Part shown: positions 1 to 8,594 of the stretch, piece by piece | Position numbering within the stretch: the first letter of the stretch is position 1 | Layout of the letters: each line of letters opens with the position of its first letter | Assembly: GCA_947630755.1 (NCBI GenBank) | Contig: CANRIU010000006.1 | Coordinates: forward strand, 2,470 to 66,469 | Reading direction: 5' to 3' | Length of the DNA: 64,000 nucleotides | Source of the DNA: an uncultured Oscillospiraceae bacterium | GTDB lineage: Bacteria; Bacillota; Clostridia; Oscillospirales; Oscillospiraceae | Notes under the pieces: generated by a model | Told to the model about the DNA's origin: nothing | What the model saw: only the letters and a program-made list of their open reading frames with translations | Database searches by the model: none | Made by a program: the position numbers and the translations under genes

Positions 1-949
1 GCAGCCGCTCCGAGGTATAATTCAGCGTCGGCAGGCTCTTCACTCCCGCCCAGTAGTCCGGCTTTCCGGACTTATCGAAGAAGTAAAAGCCCCGCTCCTC
101 GCTCTCCGGGTTATTGTACGCCCCCTCGGATATGGGGTAGAGCTCCCCCGCGCGGTTAAACCACCTGTTCTCCGCTCCGGTGTGGTTTATGGATATGTCG
201 ATTATGACCCTGATCCCCAGCTTGTGGGCGGCGGAGGTCAGCTCCGCCAGGGCCTCGTCCCCGCCGAAGCGCCTATCCACATGGAAAAAGTCCACGCAGT
301 CGTACTTGTGCACCGAAAACGCCGAGAATATGGGGTTTATATAGAGCGCCGTGACCCCCAGCCTTTTGAGATACGGAAGCTTCATCCGTATCCCCTGAAG
401 GTCCCCGCCGTAGAAGTCCATGCACCTTCCCTGCTCGTAGCTCAGCGGCCTTGCGTCCCAGGACGGCATCCGAACGGGTTTGAAGCCCTCGTGCACATAC
501 TCCCCGGTCTGCACGTCGTTAGTCTCGTCCCCGTTGCAGAATCTCTCCGGGAATATCTGATAGAACACCGCGTCCTTCACCCACTCCGGCTGAACGTAGT
601 CCGCCAGCAGCCGAAAATCGCAGGTGTGGTCCGGCATATACGTCGTCACGCCCCGCTGGGTGTAGTAGTAAAGCGCCTCCCCGGTGCTCAGATAGAACTG
701 ATACCCTATCCTGTTTTCCGTCATCTTGAGCCTTCCCTCATAGCAGGCAAGGCCGTGGCTGACATACGCGCGCCTCATCCGGGAGATCTCCTGCCTGCCG
801 TTGTGCAGGGACCTCAAAAATACGTCCTTCAGCGGCGCGGAATCAATTACCTGCAGCTTCACCGTCACCGTCTCCCCAAGGGCCGGCGAGGGCGAGCTCA
901 CAAAGTACTCCGACCCGTCGGAGTACACGCTCTCAAGCCATCTCTCCAT
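1..949 (-). CDS. GH13 alpha-amylase-family glycosidase (neopullulanase/cyclomaltodextrinase-like); first ~316 codons only, gene continues past the left edge
   Basis: Not in the ORF track because there is no stop inside the window. My own reverse-strand translation from ATG 949 gives MERWLESVYSDGSEYFVSS...FYQIFPERFCNGD...DFYGGDLQGIRMKLPYLKRLGVTALYINPIF...GIRVIIDISINHTG (GH13 conserved region I, DxxxNH). The start overlaps the malQ stop (TAATG). Track ORF 182..1018(+) is its antisense shadow. Confidence 0.8.
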   Translation of the reverse strand, partial: MERWLESVYSDGSEYFVSSPSPALGETVTVKLQVIDSAPLKDVFLRSLHNGRQEISRMRRAYVSHGLACYEGRLKMTENRIGYQFYLSTGEALYYYTQRGVTTYMPDHTCDFRLLADYVQPEWVKDAVFYQIFPERFCNGDETNDVQTGEYVHEGFKPVRMPSWDARPLSYEQGRCMDFYGGDLQGIRMKLPYLKRLGVTALYINPIFSAFSVHKYDCVDFFHVDRRFGGDEALAELTSAAHKLGIRVIIDISINHTGAENRWFNRAGELYPISEGAYNNPESEERGFYFFDKSGKPDYWAGVKSLPTLNYTSERL

Positions 950-2397
950 TATTTCGCCCTTCCCGTGCTGCGCAAAAGCTCCCGAAGCTCCGGAAGCCTC
1001 CTCTTCACCGATGCGTAGCTCTCAAGCCTCCACTGCCAGTTGGGGCTTCCCACCGTCCCCGGCTCGTTGAGCCTCGCCCTGTCGCCGAGATTGAGAATAT
1101 CAAAAAGCGGCGCAATGGCTATAGGCGCGGGCGATGCCATTATGTACCTCACAAGCTTCCTCGCCGCTGCGGTGCGGGGCGTGCCAAAATCGGCGAGGGC
1201 CCTGTTCACCGCGGCCTTCTCCTTCCTCGTAAGGTCCGCGTACCACCCCCGCACAGGCTGGTTGTCGTGGGTCCCGGTGTAGGCGAGCTGCCTGTCGGTG
1301 ACAGGCTCACCGGGGTCAAGCAGCGTGAACTCCAGCACGTTCATCCCCATAAGCCCGTAGTGGTCCCGGAGCATAAGCACCTCCGGGCGCAGATCTCCCA
1401 GATCCTCCGCCACAATGTTAATGTCCGGCATCTGCCTGTATATCTCGTCAAAGAGCTCATACCCCGGCGCCTCGACCCACTCCCCCACTCTCGCCGTGGG
1501 GCAGTCCGCTGGGATGCGCCAGTATGTGTCAAATGCCCGGAAGTGGTCTATCCTTAGTATGTCGTAGAGCTTCGAGGAATACTTAAGCCTGTCTATCCAG
1601 AACTTAAAGCCGTTCTCCCGCAGCCGCTCCCAGTCGTATATGGGGTTTCCCCAGCGCTGGCCGTCCTCGTTGAAGAAATCCGGCGGCACCCCCGCCACGA
1701 CCGAGGGCACTCCGTCGCCGTTAATGAGAAACTGCTCTCTCCCGGACCACACATCCAGCGAGTCAAGCCCCACATAAAACGGTATGTCCCCCATTATCTT
1801 AAGCCCCCTGGAGTTTGCGTAGGCCTTGAGCTTCATCCACTGCCTGTAAAACTCGTACTGGGCGAATATCCGGTAGCCTATCTCATCCTCAAGGTGAGAA
1901 AGGTCGTACCTGCCGTCAACTATCCACTCCCGCTGCTCCCGGGGCCACTCCACCCAGCTTCTGAGACCGTTCTGGGTCTTGAGCGCAACGAACACCCCGT
2001 AGGGCCGCACCCAGGCGTTTTTCAAAAACTCCTCGTACTCCCCGTCCGGCGTGAAGCGCCGATAGGCCATGCGCAGATAGCGCTCCTTGTGCTCCCGCGC
2101 GCCGGAGTAGTCTATCCTGTCCCCCTCCTCCGGCGAAAAGCCCTCCGGCAGCTCCTCGAGAAGCCCCTCCCGGTACAGCTCCTCCAGGTCGATGTACAGC
2201 TCGTCCCCCGCGAAAGAGGAGAGCGGCTGGTAGGGCGAGTTGCCGTACCCCAGCGGGTTCAGGGGCAGGATCTGCCAGACGCCCACTCCCGCGGAGCAGA
2301 GCATATCCGTAAACTCATATGCCTCCCTTCCGAAGCTCCCCACGCCGTATTTTGAGGGCAGGGACGCCACGGGCATAAGTATACCGCTTGTTCTCAT
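949..2397 (-). CDS. malQ: 4-alpha-glucanotransferase (amylomaltase, GH77)
   Basis: 482-aa ORF. MRTSGILMPVASLPSKYGVGSFG...WQILPLNPLGYGNSPYQPLSSFAG...DHFRAFDTYW is typical of MalQ. It is coupled to the downstream GH13 gene. Confidence 0.92.
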   Translation of the reverse strand: MRTSGILMPVASLPSKYGVGSFGREAYEFTDMLCSAGVGVWQILPLNPLGYGNSPYQPLSSFAGDELYIDLEELYREGLLEELPEGFSPEEGDRIDYSGAREHKERYLRMAYRRFTPDGEYEEFLKNAWVRPYGVFVALKTQNGLRSWVEWPREQREWIVDGRYDLSHLEDEIGYRIFAQYEFYRQWMKLKAYANSRGLKIMGDIPFYVGLDSLDVWSGREQFLINGDGVPSVVAGVPPDFFNEDGQRWGNPIYDWERLRENGFKFWIDRLKYSSKLYDILRIDHFRAFDTYWRIPADCPTARVGEWVEAPGYELFDEIYRQMPDINIVAEDLGDLRPEVLMLRDHYGLMGMNVLEFTLLDPGEPVTDRQLAYTGTHDNQPVRGWYADLTRKEKAAVNRALADFGTPRTAAARKLVRYIMASPAPIAIAPLFDILNLGDRARLNEPGTVGSPNWQWRLESYASVKRRLPELRELLRSTGRAK

Positions 2398-2567
2398 TTC
2401 TTGTCCTCCGTTATTTTCTGCGCCCGAAAAACGCCGGGCCCGTCAACCTTCGACATGAAGTCGAATTTCGTCAACTATGGAACTATGATAACTCAGGTTA
2501 ATCGAATAATCAAGTATTTCTTACCCTTATTCGTCACATTTTCCCGGTTTTCTCCCCGCCCCGCCGT

Positions 2568-2596
2568 TTGACATTCTCCCCGGGTTGTGGTAAAAT
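2568..2596 (+). promoter_or_regulatory. Sigma-A type promoter (TTGACA - 17 nt - TAAAAT)
   Basis: TTGACA at 2568-2573, TAAAAT at 2591-2596, spacer exactly 17 nt. It lies in the malQ-divergent spacer, 35 nt upstream of the TTG start at 2631. Confidence 0.5.
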
Positions 2597-2630
2597 CCTT
2601 GACGCGATAATTTTTCCTGGAGGTGTTACC

Positions 2631-2954
2631 TTGTCCTGTCCGGCCCACGGCGGCGACGCCGTATTCCTCACCCGCCCCGCGCTGGAGCTTCTGGAGCTCT
2701 TCCGTACCCGTCCCTTCCTCCCCCTTGGCAGATCCGGCGGCAAGCCCCTCTTCATCGACGACGACGGCGCCCGGCGGGTAAACTCCGTCCTCGCCCTGTC
2801 CCTTAACGGCCTTATTACCACGGACTTTGCGTCCCCGCTCTCCGGCTTTGACTACTCCCCATACTCGGAGTGTGAGGAGCTTGGCAGCATGGCCCTCACC
2901 CTCCGCGGGCAGGAGGCCCTTGACAGCATCGATATTCAGGGCATCGACGAGTGA
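2631..2954 (+). CDS. small hypothetical protein (107 aa)
   Basis: The track ORF 2568..2954 begins inside the predicted -35 box. GGAGG at 2619-2623 sits 7 nt upstream of TTG 2631, so the start was moved there. No recognisable motif (SCPAHGGDAVFLTRPALELLELF...). Confidence 0.5.
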   Translation: MSCPAHGGDAVFLTRPALELLELFRTRPFLPLGRSGGKPLFIDDDGARRVNSVLALSLNGLITTDFASPLSGFDYSPYSECEELGSMALTLRGQEALDSIDIQGIDE

Positions 2955-3053
2955 TTTTTTACCACGTCAGGGAACTTTTCATTAATATGCTCCGTCTAAT
3001 TATGTGATACCGCTGTTTCTGCGGTCAATAACGGGAAAGGAACATTATTAAAA

Positions 3054-3854
3054 ATGAAAAAACTGACTTCCGCCTTTCTTGCCCTCGCCCTTTTGCTGGC
3101 TCTTGCCTCCTGCGCAAGCCCCGCTCCCGCCCCCGATGGCGCCGATACGCCGGACATCTCCGACACCCCGGAATCACCGGAAGCCCCCAATACCCCCGCG
3201 GAGCCCGATACGCCGGACACTCCCGACGAGCCGGAAACACCTGTTGAGCCCGACACGCCGGGCACTCCCGACGAGCCGGACAACCCCGATGAGCCTGACG
3301 AGCCAGACAACCCCGGCGGCCCCTTCTTCACCTTCCCCGTCCCCGGCACGGGCGACGGCGATGATGACGAGGACGGCGACGGGACTCCCTCCCTCGTCCC
3401 CGGCTTCCCCGGCGGCATCCAAACCCCCGGTGTCAGCGATGTGCCCGATGTCGCCATTGAGGGGCTTGCCGACGGCGAAGCCCTCTCCTCCGACCTTGAG
3501 GCCCTTGTAAGCGGCAATACCGGGGATGTGACGCTGGAGTCCTCTCCCGTCACCGATGAGCTCTCCTGGCGCATAACCAACCTCTTCCCCGGCATCACAG
3601 TCCCCGAGGGGACGGCCGCCGCCATAGCCACTCCCCCCATAAGCTCCAACGCCCACGCGGCAGTACTCTTTGAGGTGGCCGACGGCGTCGATGCCGAGGC
3701 CTTTGCCGGGGAGCTCAACTCCCACGCCGACCCCAGATGGATGATTTGCTCCGCGGCGGAGAGCGTACAGTACAAGGTCGCGGGGAACCGCATACTCTTC
3801 GTCATGTCCTCCGCCGAGATCGCGGACACGCTTATCGCGGCCTTCAACGGCTGA
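3054..3854 (+). CDS. lipoprotein with a long Pro/Asp/Glu-rich linker and a small conserved C-terminal domain (DUF4358-like, from memory)
   Basis: Signal peptide plus lipobox MKKLTSAFLALALLLALASC. Linker PDTPDEPETPVEPDTPGTPDEPDNPDEPDEPDNP. C-terminus ADPRWMICSAAESV...ILFVMSS...AAFNG is paralogous to the next gene. Confidence 0.85.
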   Translation: MKKLTSAFLALALLLALASCASPAPAPDGADTPDISDTPESPEAPNTPAEPDTPDTPDEPETPVEPDTPGTPDEPDNPDEPDEPDNPGGPFFTFPVPGTGDGDDDEDGDGTPSLVPGFPGGIQTPGVSDVPDVAIEGLADGEALSSDLEALVSGNTGDVTLESSPVTDELSWRITNLFPGITVPEGTAAAIATPPISSNAHAAVLFEVADGVDAEAFAGELNSHADPRWMICSAAESVQYKVAGNRILFVMSSAEIADTLIAAFNG

Positions 3855-3885
3855 CAAATAAAAAAACATAAAAGGAGAATATAAA

Positions 3886-4398
3886 ATGAAAAAGGCTTTA
3901 ATTTTTGTTCTGGCTCTCGCCCTTGTGCTGTCCCTCGCCGCCTGCGGCGGCAAGGAGGGGGAGGACGGCGGCTCCGCCGTCTCCGCTCTCACCGATGAGG
4001 AGCTTGTTGACAAGCTCACTGCCATCGTCGACGGCAAGACAGGCGAGATGCCCGTGGAGACCACCTCCTTTGCCGCCCTTGAGGAGTCCGGCTTTGACCC
4101 CAACGGTCTTTTCTCCAACTGGTTCAACGGCATGGCTGTCCCCGAGGGAGCCAAAATAGCAGTGAATCAGCCCCTGATGGGTCAGGCCCATGTGGTGCTT
4201 CTCATTCAGCCCGGCGAGGGCACAAAGGCCGATGACCTGAAGGCAGACCTTGACGCCAACGCCAACCCCGGCTGGATGATCTGCATGACCGCGGACTCCG
4301 TCGCCTCCGCCGTAAAGGACGGCCTTGTCCTCTTTGTCATGACCTCCGGAGAATTGGGGCTTGACGCCCAGACCTTCGTTGACGCCTTCAACGCCTGA
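3886..4398 (+). CDS. lipoprotein, paralog of the C-terminal domain of 3054..3854 (DUF4358-like, from memory)
   Basis: MKKALIFVLALALVLSLAAC lipobox. C-terminus ANPGWMICMTADSV...LVLFVMTS...DAFNA aligns with the preceding gene. Confidence 0.85.
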   Translation: MKKALIFVLALALVLSLAACGGKEGEDGGSAVSALTDEELVDKLTAIVDGKTGEMPVETTSFAALEESGFDPNGLFSNWFNGMAVPEGAKIAVNQPLMGQAHVVLLIQPGEGTKADDLKADLDANANPGWMICMTADSVASAVKDGLVLFVMTSGELGLDAQTFVDAFNA

Positions 4399-4417
4399 GA
4401 CTAAATAAAAAAATAAC

Positions 4418-4447
4418 CGTTGGGAGGCCCTTTTGAGCCTCCCAACG
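4418..4447 (+). other. 11-bp GC-rich hairpin CGTTGGGAGGC-(8 nt)-GCCTCCCAACG without a U tract
   Basis: Perfect inverted repeat read directly, 20 nt after the stop of 3886..4398. It shares the GGGAGGC/GCCTCCC core with the palindromes at 28414 and 28715. Confidence 0.6.
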
Positions 4448-4469
4448 CTGTAAGTAAGGAGAGACGCCT

Positions 4470-5861
4470 GTGCTTTTTTCGGGAGCCACATTTCTGTACG
4501 CCTTCCTTCCGGTGGTGCTTCTTCTCTACGCCGTCGCCCCGGGAACAAAGTGCAAAAACTATGTGCTTTTGTCAGCCAGCCTTGTATTCTACTTCTTCGG
4601 TGAGCCCGTCTATGTGCTCCTTCTCATCTTCTCCTCCATCTCCGACTGGCTCCACAGCATCTACATAGAGAAGCACCGCGGGGAGCGAAAGGCCAGGATT
4701 GCCCTCATAAGCTCCATCGTCATCAACCTCGGTATGCTGGGCTTCTTCAAATATACCGATTTTCTCATCGGCACGGTGAACGCCGTTTTCGGCGTCTCCA
4801 TCCCCAAGACCGGGGTGCCCCTGCCCATCGGCATAAGCTTCTTCACCTTCCAGACCATGAGCTACACCATCGACGTCTACCGGGGCCGGGCCCACGCCCA
4901 AAAGGACCTGGGGACCATGGCGACCTTTGTCTGCCTCTTCCCCCAGCTCATCGCCGGACCAATAGTCAGGTATGTGGACGTGGCTGCGGAGCTTGAGGGC
5001 AGACGCCACACACTGGAGGGCGTGGCTGACGGCATCCGCCGCTTCGCCTTCGGCCTTGGCAAAAAGGTTCTCATCGCCAACGTCATGTATGAGGTAATAG
5101 TATTCTTCCGGGAGTCCGGCGACAAGTCCGTGCTCTTTTACTGGCTCTACGCCGTGGCCTACACCCTCCAGATATACTTCGACTTCTCCGGCTACTCCGA
5201 CATGGCCATCGGCCTTGGCGCCATATTCGGCTTTAAATTCCCTGAAAACTTCAACTACCCCTATATCTCCAAATCCATAACGGAGTTTTGGCGGCGCTGG
5301 CACATGACCCTCGGCGGCTGGTTTCGCGACTACGTCTACATCCCCCTGGGCGGCAACCGCACCACCAAACTCAAGTGGCTTCGCAACATAGCCGTGGTCT
5401 GGATACTCACGGGAGCATGGCACGGCGCGGAGTGGAACTTCGTCCTCTGGGGCGTCATGTTCGGGGTGCTGCTCATCATCGAAAAGCTCTGGCTCGGCAA
5501 GCTTCTCGAGAAGCTGCCCGCCTTTTTAAGCCACATCTACGTCATGTTCACCGTGGTGCTGAGCTTCGTTATATTCAACGCCGCGGGCCTGAAGGGCGTG
5601 GTCTCGGACCTTGGCGGCCTCTTCGGCGCGGGCGGGATACCCCTCGTGAGCTCCGACGCCGTCTACTACCTGAGAAGCTACGCCGTCCCCATCGCAGTCG
5701 CGGTGATCGGCGCCACGCCCCTCCCCAGGTACCTCTACTCCAGGCTCCACGAGGCGCCGCGGGTCGTGCTGGAGCCCCTCGCCGTGGGCGCCCTTCTGGT
5801 GCTCTCCACGGCCTTCCTCATTGACGGCTCCTTCAACCCCTTCCTCTATTTCAGATTTTAA
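4470..5861 (+). CDS. MBOAT-family membrane O-acyltransferase (AlgI/DltB-like)
   Basis: 463 aa, polytopic. Motifs FWRRWHMTLGGWFRDYVYIPLGG and LTGAWHG are typical of AlgI/DltB. GTG start 6 nt after AAGGAGAG. Confidence 0.9.
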   Translation: MLFSGATFLYAFLPVVLLLYAVAPGTKCKNYVLLSASLVFYFFGEPVYVLLLIFSSISDWLHSIYIEKHRGERKARIALISSIVINLGMLGFFKYTDFLIGTVNAVFGVSIPKTGVPLPIGISFFTFQTMSYTIDVYRGRAHAQKDLGTMATFVCLFPQLIAGPIVRYVDVAAELEGRRHTLEGVADGIRRFAFGLGKKVLIANVMYEVIVFFRESGDKSVLFYWLYAVAYTLQIYFDFSGYSDMAIGLGAIFGFKFPENFNYPYISKSITEFWRRWHMTLGGWFRDYVYIPLGGNRTTKLKWLRNIAVVWILTGAWHGAEWNFVLWGVMFGVLLIIEKLWLGKLLEKLPAFLSHIYVMFTVVLSFVIFNAAGLKGVVSDLGGLFGAGGIPLVSSDAVYYLRSYAVPIAVAVIGATPLPRYLYSRLHEAPRVVLEPLAVGALLVLSTAFLIDGSFNPFLYFRF

Positions 5862-5873
5862 GGAGGCGAAACG

Positions 5874-6971
5874 ATGAAAAAAGCAAAAAACATCCTCACC
5901 GTCGCCGTATTCGCCCTCATTCTTGTCGGTTTCGGCCTCTGGCACATGATTCTCCCCGACGCCGACGTCTCCATATCCGAGCGCCGTGACCTCGCTCAGG
6001 CCCCCGCCCTCACCGCGAAGACCCTCTTCAATCGCGAATTTTCCGATAAGCTGGAGACATACCTTGTGGACCAGTTTCCCCTCCGGGAGAGCTTTCGCAG
6101 CCTCAACGCCAGTTTTCGCTTCTCCTTCCTCCGCCAGCTGGACTCCAACGGCTACTGGACCCGGGACGGCGTGATCTACAAGACCGAAAAGACCACCGAC
6201 GAGGCGCAGATAAAATACGCCGCGAGGCTGTATAACTCCCTTATCTCCTCGGAGCTTTCCGACTGCAACGTATACTTCACCGTGATACCCGACAAGAGCT
6301 ATTACGCCGACGACACCGTCCATCCCCGCCTTGACTACACCCGCCTCATCGAAATTATGAAGGCCAACGTCCAGGGTGCGGAGTACATCGACATCCTCGA
6401 CACCCTCTCCATCGACAAATATTACCGCACCGACACCCACTGGCGTCAGCAGGACCTCTTCGACACGGTGGAGCGCCTCGCCTCCGCCATGGGCGTGGAC
6501 GAATATCTCACCCCCGCCTCCGACTACACCCCCCACGAGCTCTCCCCCTTCTACGGCGTCTACCTGCGCCAGGCCGCGATGCCCGTGGAGCCGGAGACTC
6601 TCACCTACCTCACAGGCAGCTATACCGATAACGCCCTTGTCTCCGGCCCCGAGTACAAGTCCTCCGGCGTCTACGCCACGGAAAAATTTGACGGCATGGA
6701 CGGCTACGACGTATTCCTCTCCGGAACTCAGGCTATAATTGAGATTGAGTGCCCCGACGCCCGGACCGACAGGCATCTATACCTCTTCCGGGACTCCTTC
6801 GGCTCCTCTCTGGCGCCGCTGCTGACGGGCGCTTACGCGAAGATAACCGTCATTGACTTAAGGTACGTCACAAGCGCATACCTGCCCACCATCGTTGACT
6901 TTGCCCCCGGCTCCGACGTGCTCTTCGCCAACTCCACGCTGGTTCTGAACACCGCGATGATCATGAGGTGA
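5874..6971 (+). CDS. DHHW/AlgJ-AlgX_N-like extracytoplasmic O-acyltransferase partner (signal-anchored, SGNH-like)
   Basis: N-terminal TM segment MKKAKNILTVAVFALILVGFGLW. KYYRTDTHWRQQ (D-x-H-W catalytic motif). Usual partner gene directly after an MBOAT. Confidence 0.85.
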   Translation: MKKAKNILTVAVFALILVGFGLWHMILPDADVSISERRDLAQAPALTAKTLFNREFSDKLETYLVDQFPLRESFRSLNASFRFSFLRQLDSNGYWTRDGVIYKTEKTTDEAQIKYAARLYNSLISSELSDCNVYFTVIPDKSYYADDTVHPRLDYTRLIEIMKANVQGAEYIDILDTLSIDKYYRTDTHWRQQDLFDTVERLASAMGVDEYLTPASDYTPHELSPFYGVYLRQAAMPVEPETLTYLTGSYTDNALVSGPEYKSSGVYATEKFDGMDGYDVFLSGTQAIIEIECPDARTDRHLYLFRDSFGSSLAPLLTGAYAKITVIDLRYVTSAYLPTIVDFAPGSDVLFANSTLVLNTAMIMR

Positions 6972-6974
6972 CCC

Positions 6975-8240
6975 ATGAAAAAGCTCATTATCCTTCTCCT
7001 CGCCCTCACCCTCGCCCTCTCCGCCTGCTCCAAGACCCCCGGCGGCGGCCCCGACGAACCTGACGAGCCCTCCGGACCCTCCTCCCCCGAGCCCGAGGAG
7101 CCCAGGGCCCTGGACCCTAAGGAGGTCATTCTCGCGGCCTTCGACGCCTCGGAAGCCGACCTTAAGTCCCGCTTCGCCGCCTCCCGTTTAAATGACCTCT
7201 CAAAGCTTGCAAATCTCGCCTCCTTCACCGCCCGATATGCCCTTGGCATCCCGGACGACAGCGGCGAGCTTCTGGGCACGGCTGAGGGGACACTCACCTA
7301 CGAGCGCCTCTCCGGCAGGGCATCCCTCACCGTCTCTCTCCCGGACCTGGGCTTTGACGGGGAGCTCTACTACTCGCCGGAGTTTCTCGGCTTCACCTCC
7401 GACAAGCTCCGCGGCGACGTATACTACGGCCTCGTCCCCAGTGACATGGCCTCCCAGCTGGAGGGCACCCCCTTCGCGGAGCTCTTTGAGCTGGACCTCG
7501 ACTCCGTCCGTGAGCTGGACGCCCTTCTTGAGAGCGTCCCCACCGACATCGGCGTCTACCGTGAGGGCGCCCCGGACGCGGCCCTTCGCCTCACCCGGGA
7601 GCTCATCGAGTCCATGACTCTGGAGCTTGCCGAGACCTCCGGCGGCTATGAGCTCACAGGTGAGATAAGCCCCGACGCCCTTGCGGACTACCTGGACTCC
7701 CTCGCCGCCCTCATCCCCGCCCTTGACGCCGAAGCCGCCGTCGAAGAGATTCGCGCCTCGGCCGCCCCCGCCCGGGCCGCCTTCACCGTCTACGACGGAA
7801 AGCTCACCCACCTTGCGGCGGAGTTTGAGGACTACCGCCTCGATGCGGAGCTCTACGGCGGCGACGGCAGCACCATTTCCGTCGCGCTGGACCCCCTCTT
7901 CACTCTGGAGCTCTCCCTCTCCGGCGGCGTCACCCTCTCGGTGCGCTCCGACTCCGTCACCGACCTTGACTGGGCGGAGGACGGGGCCTTCACCTTCATC
8001 ACCTCCCGCAATGACATAACCGACCTTGCGCTGGAGGGCTCCCTCGCCGCCACGGACACCACCCTCGACTTTGACGGCATCTGGTACTCCGGTGAGCGCG
8101 GAGACAGGAACCCCCTCACCCTCTCCCTCGCCTCCGGAGGAGAGGTGACGGAGCCCTCCGCCACCCGTGACATAGGCGAGCTCACCACCCGGGACCTATA
8201 CCGCATCATCGCGGGCTTCCTCCTCTCCTTCGCCCGATGA
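6975..8240 (+). CDS. lipoprotein of unknown function (421 aa), paralog of 8595..10007
   Basis: MKKLIILLLALTLALSAC lipobox and a PDEPDEPSGPSSPEPEEP linker. The block ELYYSPEFLGFTSDKL..YYGLVPSD matches TIYISPDFWGVSIPII..FYGVKPYD in the later gene. Confidence 0.8.
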   Translation: MKKLIILLLALTLALSACSKTPGGGPDEPDEPSGPSSPEPEEPRALDPKEVILAAFDASEADLKSRFAASRLNDLSKLANLASFTARYALGIPDDSGELLGTAEGTLTYERLSGRASLTVSLPDLGFDGELYYSPEFLGFTSDKLRGDVYYGLVPSDMASQLEGTPFAELFELDLDSVRELDALLESVPTDIGVYREGAPDAALRLTRELIESMTLELAETSGGYELTGEISPDALADYLDSLAALIPALDAEAAVEEIRASAAPARAAFTVYDGKLTHLAAEFEDYRLDAELYGGDGSTISVALDPLFTLELSLSGGVTLSVRSDSVTDLDWAEDGAFTFITSRNDITDLALEGSLAATDTTLDFDGIWYSGERGDRNPLTLSLASGGEVTEPSATRDIGELTTRDLYRIIAGFLLSFAR

Positions 8241-8518
8241 GCTGGTACGCCTATATCCTCCGGTGCTCCGACGGCACACTCTACACCGGGGCCACAAACG
8301 ACCTTGAAAGACGGCTCCGCGCCCACAACTCCGGGCGCGGGGCAAAGTATACCCGCTCCCGCCTGCCTGTGGAGCTCGTCTACTCCGAGCCCCTCCCGGA
8401 CAAATCCTCCGCTCTAAGGCGGGAGATCGCCCTGAAGGCCCTGACGCGGGAGCGGAAGCTCGCCCTCATCGCCTCCGCCGGATCGGCCGGCACGACAGAG
8501 ACTTACAAAAAATCTTAA
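8237..8518 (+). CDS. GIY-YIG nuclease-domain protein (UPF0213/YhbQ-like, 93 aa)
   Basis: MSWYAYILRCSDGTLYTGATNDLERRLRAHNSGRGAKYTRSR: GIY-YIG core (YAYIL...YTG...R..H..G.GAKYT). ATGA overlap with the preceding gene. Confidence 0.85.
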   Translation: MSWYAYILRCSDGTLYTGATNDLERRLRAHNSGRGAKYTRSRLPVELVYSEPLPDKSSALRREIALKALTRERKLALIASAGSAGTTETYKKS

Positions 8519-8594
8519 TTTTTTCTTGACTTTGCCAAAGCAATGAATATAATAGTTACTTGATAAAAGAAAAAAATATTTGGGGGTAATTATT

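Noticed and set aside
182-1018. A 278-aa plus-strand ORF at the left edge.
   Set aside because: It is antisense to the GH13 gene, which has clear family motifs. Its translation is Arg/Pro/Gly/His-rich with no motif, a typical high-G+C shadow ORF.
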